Source: Takakia lepidozioides
Taxonomy: Eukaryota; Plantae; Bryophyta
DNA: 64,000 bases
Direction of reading: 5' to 3'
Assembly: GCA_030704615.1 (NCBI GenBank)
Contig: CM060731.1
Span: 93,186,001 to 93,250,000 of the forward strand
In this document: positions 1 through 12,289 of the stretch, piece after piece
Position numbering within the stretch: position 1 is the first letter of the stretch
Layout of the letters: the number at the start of each line of letters is the position of its first letter
Program-made: the position numbers and the translations under genes
Notes under the pieces: model-generated
What the model was told of the DNA's origin: nothing
The model's database searches: none
What the model saw: only the letters and a program-made list of their open reading frames with translations

Positions 1-535
1 TCCAAGCTGTGTCAGCCCTCTGCGCGTTGATCCTCCTCTCGTAGTTTAGCGTGCTCATCCTGCTTTCCCCCTTAATCTCGCAAGCGCTTTGGGAGGAAAG
101 AAGCAATAAGCCCCCCAAGTTTGGGTGAGCCTTGTTCATTCTAGAGTGGTCTAGGAATTAGAGTGGGGGCCTTACATAATAAGGCATATGTAGAGGGATT
201 TCAAGAGATGAAGGGGTCCAAAAAAAGAAGGCAAGAAGGTGATACCTATTAAATAGGGGATGGTTCAGGCCAATTTGGGTAGTTACGATACAGATGTCAA
301 GTGGTGGGAGTAGGCCTGATTAGGGTCTGACATGTGTCCACCCTTCTAGAAGAGTCCCACCGCTTGAGGGGTGGGTTCTAGAAGCCTCAGAATTTTGTGT
401 GGCCTCGTCGTTATGAGGCCACACGCTGCAGAGGGGACAGCCCCTCCTGTCACGGGCCCCGCACGGTTGGGCCCCTTGACTTGCAGCCCCTCCTCATTCC
501 TACCTGCCCCTAATCTCCTGCCCGAGACCCTCCTG

Positions 536-670
536 GCCTAACCCCCAACTAACCTAACAAAAACCCCAATCTGACCTAACCCTCAACCCTAACCTGACCC
601 AACCCTTAACCCTAATCTAACTTAACCCTCACCCTAACCCGACCTTAATCTAACCCTCAACCCAACCCAT
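536..670 (+). repeat. Degenerate telomere-like (ACCCTAA/AACCT) subterminal repeats, left end of the MULE
   Basis: Run of cctaaccc/aacctaac/accctaatc motifs, mirrored by ggttaggg/ggttaggt at 13700-13815. Confidence 0.7.
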
Positions 671-1248
671 AGTCCACTTTTGAACCAGTGCTAGTTATCG
701 TCTCTCTCTCCATCAACGTAGGCCTTGTCGACCAACTTTGCTATCGAGCTTCAATAGCTTTCTCTTTCATGCATCATCATCATCATCAACTTCTATTAGT
801 TCACGTGAGGAAAGGAGAGGAAAGGAGGAGGTGGAAGAGGAGGTGCAAAGAAAAACCACAAATACAAGGTTTTTTTTTTGTGTTGATAATTACTTGTAGA
901 TAGTGTGTTGACAACTTCTTGTAGATAGTCATTTTCATTCAATTTTAGGTTGGATCTTTGTTTCTCTTTCTCACTTCTTACTCTCGTTCTCACTCTCACT
1001 CTTATTCATTTTCATAGTACAACCTAGATAGACATTTCATTTCAAGTTTACATTAATTTAAATTCTCTTTTGTCTCTTTTTCTATGGTTTTTCTTTTTAT
1101 CTCCCTCTCTCTCGCTCTCCATCTCTTTCTTTCTCTCTCTCACTCTTTCACACAATAGCATTAGGAGGATTTTATAGATTTGTTATTAATCTAGCTTCCA
1201 TAATATGACTTCTTCTCAATTTTTAGAATAAACACGGCAATAGAAGGC

Positions 1249-3670
1249 ATGGACTACGAGCCTCTGAGCTCCAATAGGCTCTAAATATCTTTCATTGCAT
1301 TGAGGATGTAGTTGCGGAACCGGCAGAACGATTTGAAGTACAAAATCCTACTTCTAAAGTGTTTAGGTTTGGGGATTTGAAATGGATTCCACAAACACGG
1401 TGGGGAGGTGGAAGAAGGTGAACTGTAAAGTGCGCTTGGCGAAACATCTAATCGCGGTTGTCTCTACAAGTTCTCAGTCAAACAACTATTCTTGTATCCA
1501 TCAATTGCGGAGGTGGCATTTTATCATTGGGACCATACAGACGCGGAAGACAATCCTAGCCATGGGATTTTGGATCATCGGTAAGTTAACCAACCATCTC
1601 AATTCGCTCCATTCATTTCGGAGGATCTAAAGCAATGGATAAAGACAAGTCTTGATTGTGGTGATACCCCTCGGCAAATCTTCAATGAGCACAAAAAACG
1701 ATGGTTTGAGAAGAAAGAGGTGGGTGGTCTAACAATCAGAGACGACTTCCTCAAAATGTATGATGTTACAAACATTGCAAGGATACGGACAACTGAGACT
1801 TACAAGCGTCAAGATGATCCAGCACAAAATGTGCACATGTGGGTATTGGAATTTTCTCACTATGTAATTTTTTACGAACAACAGCCTCAAGTGGGAGGAT
1901 TACCGTTCACACTCGGAATACAAATGAGCTACCAAAAACATAAAATGTTGGAGTGGGGACATGAAGGATTGGTTTCGTGAGATGCCACATTTGGCACAAA
2001 TAACCAAAAGTTCCAATTGTTCACTCTGTTGGTATTTGATAAACATTTCAATGGTGTGCTTGTAGCATGGATAGTCACAAGCAGAGGACAAGCCAATGAT
2101 CTTGTGCAGTGGATGACAACACTTCAGGCTTACATGAAAGATTCTGATCCACATAGGTTACCTTCATCTTTCATTGTTGATGATGCAGATGCAGAGATCA
2201 ATGCTATAAGGTATATTCAATTCTCTTACTTGCTCGATGATTGCAGGAAAGTGTGGGGGCCATCTATGCCCATTTTTCTCTGTTTGTGGCATGTTCAGAA
2301 GGCATGGAGGAAGAATGCTTGCAGTAAGGTGGGAGATATTGTTGTCCGCAGTGCACTATTGGAGGGTCTTCATCACATTATGTATATGTCATCCTTGCCA
2401 AACGAAAGTCCCAGAGACATCGAGATCAGAGCAATTAACAATGTGAATGCATTATTCATGAAGTACCCTACCGAGAGGGTTTTCGAGCAATATTTCCGTA
2501 GGGAATGGCTTTCCAAAACGAAAATGTGGGTGACAAGTATTCGAAAAGTTCCACATGCTGGTCAAGAAACCAATGCAGCCATTGAGGCTTACCATGGTAA
2601 TTTAAAGTCTCGACTATCTGAGTCGAAAAAAACTATGAAGGGCAGGAGAGTGGATTGGCTTATATACGAATTGGTGGGCGATGTTGCAAGACATTATTCA
2701 TACATGGACCACATGAAGACCAATGGGTTTGTGACTAATTTGGAACTTAATGGGTTTGTGACTAATTGTTGATTGAAAGTTCCGTTGTGAGAGCAAGCAA
2801 TATACTTGACTCCGATGTTGTGTATCCATCAAGGGATGGAGAGCCCTTTCAGGTACGAAGCACTCAACATCCTTTCACAAAATTCCATCAAGTATATAAT
2901 CCCATAGGTGAATGGGCATGTTGCACATGCGATTGGGCATTGCGGGGCAACTTGTGTAAACACCAAATTAAGGTTATACAACTGATAAAAAACATCCCTG
3001 GTACTCAATTTGTGCGAATTTGTGGTGCTGAGTTGGGAGCTACTGGGAGCGGTCTTCATGCCTTATTTGAAGACACCAACAACTCACACCACATAGAACT
3101 CATGCTTGAAGATGGGTTGCATCAAGGTAAACACCCATTCTTTATTTATGTACATCTTATATTTTTGTAAGGTATAAAAACCTATATATATATATATATA
3201 TATATACCTATCTACATCTATAATGAAATAACTATAAGCAAAGTGTATTTCTTATAATATATCCATGTGGATTAATATAATGTTATTTTCGTTTGTTATG
3301 GCATACAGACGAAGCTTCCCCAATTGACAACCTACCTTCCTGTCAAAACACTTGTGATACTGTGAAGTCTGATATGCGATCTATTGCCAAAACAATGGAA
3401 GACATCATTCATACTATGGAAGGGGCTAGTCCACAATTGGTTGGTCATACTCTGGCTATGGTGAAAGCAGTGTATGGTGAAGTGCGATCGCTGAAAAGTT
3501 TAGCAGAAGAAGACATGATGCATCCTTCTCAAGCCTTTCGGAAAATCGACGATATTGGTGACAACTCCATTCGCCGAAAGAAAGATTTTTTGGAACGTAG
3601 TAAAGGTTGGAAGCGCACGAAAACATCCGGAAATGACACTATGCATGTTAGTCTGGCCCATAGTTCATGA
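1249..3670 (+). pseudogene. MULE-type DDE transposase with SWIM zinc finger, disrupted
   Basis: DATFGTN (1981), FIVDDADAE, CLWH, NAAIEAYH and SWIM CTCDWALRGNLCKH motifs. In-frame TGA at 1978-1980; frameshift from a duplicated AATGGGTTTGTGACTAATT near 2722-2767; probable intron about 3127-3308. The 5' start is uncertain. Confidence 0.85.
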
Positions 3671-3930
3671 AAACATTGAGCAACGAAGAATGTCTATATG
3701 GATTTCTTGCTATATTATAAAATGTGAAGCCCCGGGGTCGCTTCTTGTTGATGCCAATAAACAAACACTAAATTATACTTCGGTCAAGCTTCAAAACCCA
3801 TAAACTTCATGGAAAATGGTTGAAAACTTGACAATATCTTGAATCTCATACTACCTACGTGAAGGTAATTCTTCAAAGATAGTTTGGCATTAACCAATAG
3901 TGAGTGTTGTTGGAAATAGGGCACTACCCA

Positions 3931-4653
3931 TGTCACGGCCCTTTGCCTTGAGGGCAGGGGGTCGGGTCGCAGAGGGGCTGCCCCTGTGGTGGGGGCGGTG
4001 GCAGCAATAGGTACGGGGGGGCTGAAGCAACCTCGAGTGCCCAAGGCACTCGAGGAGGCGGAGGCACTCACTAGGTGGAGCCGCGCACACCTTGCGGTGG
4101 AGGTGGCTCCACAAGGGGTGGTGGTGGTTAGTAGGGACTTAGTGGGGGTAGCATAGGACTCACCATGGGGGCGGAGACCTTGTGGTGGGAGTCGTGGGGA
4201 GTCTTGGGACTCATCACGGTCCAAGGGGACCGTGGTGGGTGGGCCAAGACTCACCGCGACTCATCACCGGGAATCGAGGGTTTTCGTGGTGGTTCGCCAT
4301 AAAATGGTGGTGTTGTTTGTGAAACCCCCGCGGACAGTCACAGAAGTATATATAGGGAGTAGTAACCCCGAGAACGGTGCAAGCCCGTTGGTGTCCAAAA
4401 ACTAGTGAGTAAGCGTGCGAGCCGGAAAGCAACCAAGGTGTGGGGAGCTATTCCGGACTGCCATCGACCAAATGGAATTTCCACTAGGCCCAAATTGGGA
4501 GAGGGTCTAGTGGAGGAATAAAGGGGGACCGTTATGCCCCGGTGAGCAGCCGAAGCTCCGAGTTGGCCCGGCGGCCAGTTTGGGGGTTAGGCGCGCGCAT
4601 CAAGCGAGTAACTATGACTTGAAGGGGAGATTACCGAAGTGAGGTACGCAACA
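3931..4653 (+). repeat. 5' LTR
   Basis: Starts TGTCACGG, ends CGCAACA; direct repeat of 9693-10388 with scattered substitutions and one ~28-nt indel; contains TATATATA near 4348. Confidence 0.95.
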
Positions 4654-4655
4654 CT

Positions 4656-4667
4656 TGGTATTAGAGC
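4656..4667 (+). promoter_or_regulatory. Primer binding site (tRNA-iMet type)
   Basis: TGGTATTAGAGC two nt after the 5' LTR; one mismatch to the canonical TGGTATCAGAGC. Confidence 0.85.
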
Positions 4668-4708
4668 TTAGAGTTCAGTATGCGATCATCCTTGGGATCG
4701 GCCTCATC

Positions 4709-7700
4709 ATGGGGTCGGGCAAGCCAAAGCGAAAGCGGAACGCCCCAAAAGATGATGATCCTGGTGAGCCCGATGGGGGCGACGTGTCACCGAAGCGGCC
4801 ATTTGAGGAAGCGCTGCATGCCTTTGGAAGCGAGGCCGCTCAAGGATGGGAGGAATCTGAGGAGTCGGAGCCCGAGGAATCCCTGAGAGCTCTGACAGAC
4901 CAACAGATGTCTCCCATGCCAGCAGCTTTTTGGTAAGGGTTGTTGGTGCAATTTGGTGGGACGTTGAAAGACGTGTTGAAGACGACTAATGCCACTTCCA
5001 CTAAGACAAAGTTTAAGGTGAAGCCTAAGGAACCCGGTAGCTTTGAGGGCGTCCGAAATCGGAAGGCACTCAACACCTGGCTCTTGGAGCTAGAGCAGTA
5101 CTTCCGGGCGGCCAAGTTGGATGACGAGGATCGGGTGGAAGTGGCTCCCACCTATTTGAGGGGCTATGCTCAACAATGGTGGCAACGTCTTCACGACCGA
5201 GGTCCAAAACCGGAGACCTTGAACTGGAGTGGGTTCAAGGAACTCATGAAGAGACAGTTTGTGTCCCTCAACGCATCCTGGCTCGCCCGGGACAAGATGA
5301 GGAATTTGAAGCAAACGGATGACATTCGGGGATATGTTCAGGCTTTCAATGTGTTGTTGCTCGAAGTCGCAGACATGGCAAAACCAGAAACAGTCTTCAA
5401 CTTTGTGGCACGATTAGCCCCATGGACCAGACGGAAGTTGGAGGAGAAGCCACCTAAGACTTTGAACGAGGCAATTGAAAGGGCTGAATGTTTCTCGGAT
5501 GTCCCTAAGGGCGAAAGACAAGGCCGTACGGAGCCTAACCACAAGAAGGTCCGGCGGGAAGGTGACTCTCTCCGACCGGAAAAGAAGTGGGATAGGCCAC
5601 GCGGCGACAATGGCACATGGAAATCGAAAGGAGGGCCCTCACACGTCAAGATGACACCCGGTGCCCCGAAAGAAAAACCAGGTGCGGCAACTTATGGCGG
5701 ACAGAAGGCGACCTTCGATGGAGTGTGCTTTAATTGCGGAGAGCCCGGGCACATGGCCAAGAAGTGTACGAACCCCCGACAATTGAACATGACTTGGGCA
5801 ACCACGGAGTTATCCGAAGCCTCCATCAGCCGCTTGGTGGAGGCGGTGGTCGCCAAGACTTGCAAGGTAGACAACTACTCTTGTGAGTTGTATCAGGAAA
5901 CTGGCGCCTTGCGTAAAGGGAGTCAGTTAATGTTTGTGAGTGGGATAATCTCCAAAACTAACGTATCGTTGTTGGTGGACACAGAAGCGTCGCACTCCTT
6001 CATGACACCGGCAACGGCACGGAAGCTGGGACTCTCGACAAGTGATGTGGGGGCCTCGATTGAGGTGCATTTTGCTAAAGGAGAACCACAATTGGCGACG
6101 AGGTTGGCGTTCGATGTTCCTCTTCAGTTCGGGAGTTAGGAAGAACATGAGAACTTCACCATTTGCGAGATTGATGGAGTGTGGATCTCATTTTTGGGAT
6201 GACCTTTTTCAGCAGATCCGGAGCGGTCATAGATGGCCGCAAAATAGTAGTCACGCTACCGTGTGGGAATGGTGGTGAAGTTTTACGAGTGTCGGAAACG
6301 CCCAACCCCGAGCAAGGGAGTGGGCCGTGGAGGAGCCACACGAGCCCCAGTTTTTGCTTTACGTAAGACAAGTGAAGGAAAAAGGCGATGGGGAGCCGAG
6401 CCCAGATTGGATCAAGGGGATTTTGGAGAAATATCAGGATGTGATGCCGGAGGATTTACCAAGCGGCTTGCCACCGCGAAGAGGAGTTGACCACAAAATT
6501 GAGGTGATACCGGGATCGGAGCCGCCTGCCAATGCACCCTACCGGTTGAGCCACAGAGAGTTGGTCGAGCTGAAGACTCAGCTCAAGGATCTAATGTCAA
6601 AGGGGTACATCCAGCCGAGTAAGTCACCTTACGGAGCCCCGGTGCTATTCGCAAACAAGAAGGATATGACGCTGCGGATGTGTGTCGATTACAGGGCTCT
6701 GAATAAGGTGACTATAAAAAACCGATACCCTTTGCCAAGGATCGATGACCTCTGCGATCCTTCTTAGGACTCGCCTCCTATTACCGAAAGTATGTGAGAA
6801 ATTTCGTCAAGATCGCGGGGCTGCTGTCAGACCTCCTGTGTAAATCCTAAGTCTGGGTATGGAACACCTTTTGTGGCCAAGCTTTTGCCGAGTTGAAGTA
6901 GCGGATGGCGGAAGCTCCAGTCCTGAAAATCCCGGAGTTCGACCGCCCATTTGAGATTCATACGGATGCGTCGGACTTCGCGATTGGAGGTGTACTCATG
7001 CAGGAGGGACGTCCAGTGGCTTACGAAAGTAAGAAACTGAATGAAGTGGAGCGGCGATGGCCAACGCACGAGAAAGAAATGAAGGCGGTGGTGCATTGCC
7101 TTGAGCTTTGGCGCCACTATATTGGCTCCAACCCGGTGAAGGTGTTCATGGACAATGTCACGGTGAAGTATTTTGCCACGCAGCCTAAGTTGTCCCCAAA
7201 ACAAATTAGGTGGCAAGACACTTTGGCACTGTTCGACGTGGATATCTAATACAAACCGGGATGGGACAATGTGGTGGCTGATGCTTTAAGTAGAAAGCAG
7301 CAGCTCATGATGGTGTACAGGGGCGAGACGGCACTCCAAAGGAAGATTCGGAAGGCTTACCGGAAGGATGAGATGGCGAAGTCCGTGACGCGGGACTTGA
7401 GGATGGGGGTTAAATCGTAGTTCCACTTGCAAAAGGGACTGCTCTGGAATAAGCAAAAACATCTCTATGTACCGATGGGAGGGATCAGAGATAGTCTCTT
7501 GAGATAATGCCATGATGGCCCGCTTACAGGCCACGGCGGAGCCAAGCGCACCGTGGCACTCCTGAAGAAAGAGTATTTCTGGCCCAAACTGAGGGAGGAG
7601 GCCGAGGAGTATGTCAAGACATGCACCACATGCCAACAAAACCGGAGCGAGTACAAAAAGCAAGCGGGGCTGTTACAACCCTTGCCGATTCCAGAGGGGT

Positions 7701-8788
7701 CTTGGGAAAGTGTCTCGATGGACTTCATGACTGCTATGCCGCTATCAAAAGGATTCGACGCAATCATGGTGGTGGTGAATAGGTGTAGTAAAATGGGTCA
7801 TTTCATCCCCACCAAGGAGACGGCAACGGCGCAGGAGACGGGGCGACTTTACTTCGCCCACGTCTTTAAGCATCATGGACTCCTAAATGATGTTGTCTCG
7901 GACCGCGATCCAAAGTTTACTAGTAAATTTTGGAGGGTATTTTGGAAGAAAATGGGGACGAGGCTCAAAATGAGCACCACCTTCCGACCTACGACGGACG
8001 GCCAAACGGAAAGGGTGAATTCCGTGGTGAAGCAGATCTTGCGGAATTACGTGTCGGCAGACGAATCGGACTGGGTGGAGCACTTGGATGCGGCAGAGTT
8101 CTGTTATAATAACACAAAACATTCCGCAACAGGAGTTTCCCCTTTCGTATTGGTCTATGGAAAAGCACCTCTGGTGCCGACAAGTTGGGCCGCCCAAGAC
8201 GTTGAGGAACCGGCAGCAGCGGCAGTGCTGGAAGAACGCGAGCGTTTGTTGAAGCTCGCAAAGTACAACATTGCCAAAGCTAGAAAACGGTATGAACGGC
8301 AGACGAATCGAAAGCGGAGGGAGGTTAAGTTTGAGGCAGGCACGGAGGTTAAGTTTGAGGCAGGCACGGAGGTTTGGTTGAACATTAAAAAATTTCGACT
8401 ACCTCCGGAAGTGAGTTCGAAGTTCGTATCTCCGTATGCGGGACCCTTTCGCATCCGGAAGGTTATGAATGAGGATGTGTATGAATTGGAGCTGCCGGCA
8501 AACAACAAGGTGCATCCGGTATTCCACGTCTCCCTTTTGAAGCCTTACTTCAAAGATGAAGCGTTGCGTCCGCCACCTGTGCTGTTGGATCATGAAAATG
8601 AACCTGAGTACGAGGTGGAGGCAGTGCTTAAGTCGAGGAGGTTCAAGAATCGAGAAACGGAGTATCTCCTGAAATGGAAGGACTATCATCATGTGGAGGC
8701 ATCTTGGGTGCGTGCCTCAGAAATGGGAAACGCATCCGAGGCGGTTGCAGCTTTCGAAGGGCGACCTCAAAAGCGGAAGAAGCGTTGA
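4709..8788 (+). pseudogene. gag-pol polyprotein (Gag with CCHC knuckle, protease, partial RT, RNase H, integrase, chromodomain), interrupted
   Basis: CFNCGEPGHMAKKC; LLVDTEASHSF (protease DTG changed to DTE); [11 protein letters not shown]...YPLPRIDDL; HTDASDFAIGGVL; integrase WESVSMDF, SDRDPKF, DGQTERVN; chromodomain EYEVEAVLKSR...YLLKWKDY...SW. Several stops and frameshifts; RT core deleted near 6750. Confidence 0.93.
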
Positions 8789-9680
8789 TGGGGACATCAA
8801 CCTTAGAGCGTGGAGGAGGAAATGCATGCTTAGCTCGGCTTAGCTAGCTCAGGAATACAATTGTAAAAACTTGTATTGTACAAATTTTGTTATAAAAGAA
8901 ATGGTTTCCAAATGTTGTGCGTCCTATTTTGTTTGGAATGGTGATGCATGGTATGGTTGGCTAGTGTATAGAATGCATGCTAAGCTTACAAAGTGGGAGA
9001 GGTAAATTGGATTAATCGTGTGTTTGTGTAGTGCTGAAATCGGGTAACTCCCACCCAAGGGGCAAGGAAACTTGCACCTTCGTTGGAAGTTCACGTGCTA
9101 GTGCGCACCTGGCGCGTGCGCGTACTATAACTGCGCTACCGAGGGGGTTGCCTTGTAGTGCGGGCTAATGCGGAAGCTACGTGCTTCTGTTCACATACTA
9201 TAATCGAGTAGCCTCGGGACGAAGTCGTAGTGCGGCTTCGGCGTGTTCCCGTACCTCAGGCCAGCATTCCAAAGCGGACCCAGTTGTAATGATTGAGGCG
9301 CATGGTTGGTTCAAGGTTATCTTCCTAGTCAAAAAGGGTTCAAGGCGAACCCTTGCTCAAGGTGATGCCAAAAGCGACATCACGAGCGGTCGCAAGCAAA
9401 TGTTGTTGCAGTAAGGCGATTCGATCCTCGGGGAGGATCGATCCTTGGCCCTGAAGTGGGTCAAGAAGAGTGCACTGGGAGGAGCTTGAGAGGCTCCACC
9501 CTTGGCCCGGACTTGGAGGAAGTCGGCCGAACTAGCTAGTGGAGAGAAGAGTCAAGTGGGGGTTTGGTTCTTAGCCATGGGACACCATGGTGCGAAACAA
9601 ACCCCTTGATGTGGGACGCCACAACTTGGATGTTCGTTTCTACAAAATGGACAAGTCGATGAGGACATCGACTCCCTGTT

Positions 9681-9692
9681 GGTAGGGGTGTG
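9681..9692 (+). promoter_or_regulatory. Polypurine tract
   Basis: GGTAGGGGTGTG immediately before the TG of the 3' LTR. Confidence 0.6.
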
Positions 9693-10388
9693 TGTCACGG
9701 CCCTTTGCCTTGAGGGCAGGGGGTCGGGTCGTAGAGGGGCTGCCCTTGTGGTGGGGGTGGTGGCAGCAATAGGTACGGGGGGATGGGGAGGCGGAGGCAC
9801 TCACTAGGTGGAGCCGCGCACACCGGGTTACGGTGGGGGTGGCTCCACAAGGGGTGGTGGTAGCTTAGTGGGACTTAGTGGGGGTGGCATAGGACTCACC
9901 ATGGGGGCGGAGACCTTGTAGTGGGAGTCGTGGGGAGTCTTGGGACTCATCACGGTCCAAGGGGACCGTGGTGGGTGGGCCAAGACTCACCGCAACTCAT
10001 CACCGAGAATCGAGGGTTTTCGTGGTGGTTCGCCATAAAATGGTGGTGTTGTTTATGAAACCCCCGCGGACAGTCACAGAAGTATATATAGGGAGTAGTA
10101 ACCCCGAGAACGGTGCAAGCCCGTTGGTGCCAAAAACTAGCGAGTAAGCGTGTGAGCCGGAAAGCGACCAAGGTGTGGGGAGCTATTCCGGACTGCCATC
10201 GACCAAAGAGAATTTCCACTAGGCCCAAATTGGGAGAGGGTCTAGTGGAGGAGTAAAGGGGGACCGTTATGCCCCGGTGAGCAGCCGAAGCTCCGAGTTG
10301 GCTCGGCGGCCAGTTTGGGAGTTAGGCGCGCGCATCAAGCGAGTAACTATGACTTGAAGGGGAGCTTACCGAAGTGAGGTGCGCGATA
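9693..10388 (+). repeat. 3' LTR
   Basis: Direct repeat of the 5' LTR, followed by the TSD ACCCA. Confidence 0.95.
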
Positions 10389-11990
10389 ACCCACATGCAG
10401 GTAGTCCCAAAGTTTCTGGAAAATTGGGGGGTGCCAAACTACCTACGTGTGGGTAGCCCAGAAAAGACATCTCTAAGTTGTTGGAAATAAGGCACTACCC
10501 ACGTGCAAGTAGTCCCAAAGTCTCTGGAATATTTACCTATGTCTGACTACCTTCGTGCAGGTAATTCGGAAAAGACCCTTTCTAAGTTGGAAATAAGGTC
10601 AGTACCCACGTGTAGGTAGTCCGAAAGCCTCAAGTACATTTAGGTGTGCCCAAGTACCTACGTACAGGTAGTCGAGAAAAGACCTCTCAAAGTTCTTGAA
10701 AATAAAGTCAGTACCTACCTAGTAGTCGGAAATGACCACCCTAATAACTCGCCAGTCCCTACCCACTACCTGCACGTGAGTAGTGACATTTCCAACAACT
10801 TACGAAAGGCCATTCTCAGACTACGTGAAGGTAGATTTTCAAAGGATTTTTAAAGTAAACGTAGTTCCAACATTGTTAAATACATTGCAAGTTAGGGACT
10901 ACCTGCACGTGGGTAGTGCGTTTATTTCCAACTTAAGAGAGGGTCTTTTTTCGGACTACCTGCACGTAGATAGTTGTGTGGGTAGTGCCTTTATTTGCAA
11001 CTTATGGGTAGAGTATTTTTTTCTGACTACCTGCACGTAGGTAGTTTTATGTACAATTTTTTTTCAGCAAGTTGGAGACTACCTGCACATGGGTAGTGCG
11101 TTTATTTCCAACTTAGGGGAGAGTTCTTTTTCAGACTACCTGCACGTAGGTAGTTGCGTGTGGGTAAATTTTCGAGCAAGTTGGGGACTACCTGCACGTG
11201 GGTAGTGCCTTCATTTCCAACCTAGGGGAGAGTTCTTTTTCGGACTACCTGCACGTAGGTAGTTTGGTGTTCAAAACTTTTCCAGCAAGTTGGGGACTAC
11301 CTGCACGTGGGTAGTGCCTTTTCCAACTTAGGGGAGAGTTCTTTTGTCGGACTACCTGCACGTGGATAGTGCATTTATCTCCAACTTAGGGGAGAGTTCT
11401 TTTTCGGACTACCTGCACGTAGGTAGTTGCGTGTAGGTAAATTTTCCAGCAAGTTCAGGACTACCTGTACGTGGGTAGTGCCTTTATTTGCAACTTATGG
11501 GAAGAGTACTTTTTTCGGACTACCTGCACGTAGGTAGTTTGATGTACTAAAATTTTCCAGCAAGTTGGGGACTACCTGCCTTTATTTCCAACTTAGGAGA
11601 GGGGACTTTTTAAGGACTACCTGCACGTAGGTAGTTTGGGGTAGTCAAGTTTTCCAGCAAGTTCGGGACTACCTACACGTGGATAGTGCCTCTTTTTCCA
11701 ACTTAGGAGAGGGGATTTTTTCTGGACTACCTGCACGTAGGTAGTTTGGGGTAGTCAAGTTTTCCAGCAAGTTCGAGACTACCTGCACGTGGGTAGTGTC
11801 TTTATTTCCATCTTAGAGAGTCTTTTTCCGGACTACCTACACGTAGGTAGTGCCTTTATTTCTAACTAAGAGAGGTCTTTTTTGGACTACCTACACGTAG
11901 GTAGTTTGGTATAGATCATTCAAGGACTACTCACACTAGCTAGTTTGGTATAGCTCAATAATCTTAAAACTTTGTAATGACTAGGTAGTG
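10389..11990. repeat. Tandem array of palindromic ACTACCTGCACGT(A/G)GGTAGT units (52-58 bp period, about 110-bp dimer), switching orientation near 10750
   Basis: About 30 copies counted by eye, including those at 3850 and 3924; the copy at 3924 is split by the LTR insertion. Confidence 0.95.
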
Positions 11991-12289
11991 CTATAATTTC
12001 CAATGACTTGAGTCTTGAGGAAGGTAGTTTCATAAAAGAAATGATAAAATGGGTAATGGACCGAATGTGATATCCTTCATGACGACCATGTAGGTACTCT
12101 TGTGAAGCCCCATAAACCTGAAGACAGAGTGTGCATTAATGAGTGGGCTATAATGCATATAGGTAGTATTGAGTGAAGTCGTCCTTGCTTTGCTCCCATC
12201 TACAAAAACATGTGTACATTTGTGACTTTGAAGCAAACAAAGAAACACATACATACAAACAAGACGTCGAACATATACAATCAAATGAA

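Larger units (their letters stand above)
3931..10388 (+). mobile_element. Ty3/gypsy chromovirus LTR retrotransposon, defective
   Basis: LTRs 3931-4653 (TG...CA) and 9693-10388 (TG...TA), 5-bp TSD ACCCA (3926-3930 and 10389-10393), PBS, PPT, and gag-PR-RT-RH-INT-chromodomain order. Confidence 0.97.

Noticed and set aside
1-383. Possible LTR remnant split by the MULE (continuing 14493-14600 with TATATAAA)
   Set aside because: No second copy, PBS or clear boundary within the window.
536-670. True telomere or interstitial telomeric array
   Set aside because: The repeats are degenerate and mirrored at the other end of the transposon, so they belong to the element.
3784-4432. Minus-strand ORFs in the LTR (also 9552-10228)
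   Set aside because: GC-rich LTR sequence; the longest frame is not preserved between the two LTRs.
10765-11905. let-7 seed-match sites (CTACCT)
   Set aside because: This is a plant-type genome; the match is a short coincidence within the palindrome.
10389-11990. CRISPR-like repeat-spacer array
   Set aside because: The spacers are two recurring, mutually similar linkers rather than unique sequences; there are no cas genes; the context is a eukaryotic transposon.
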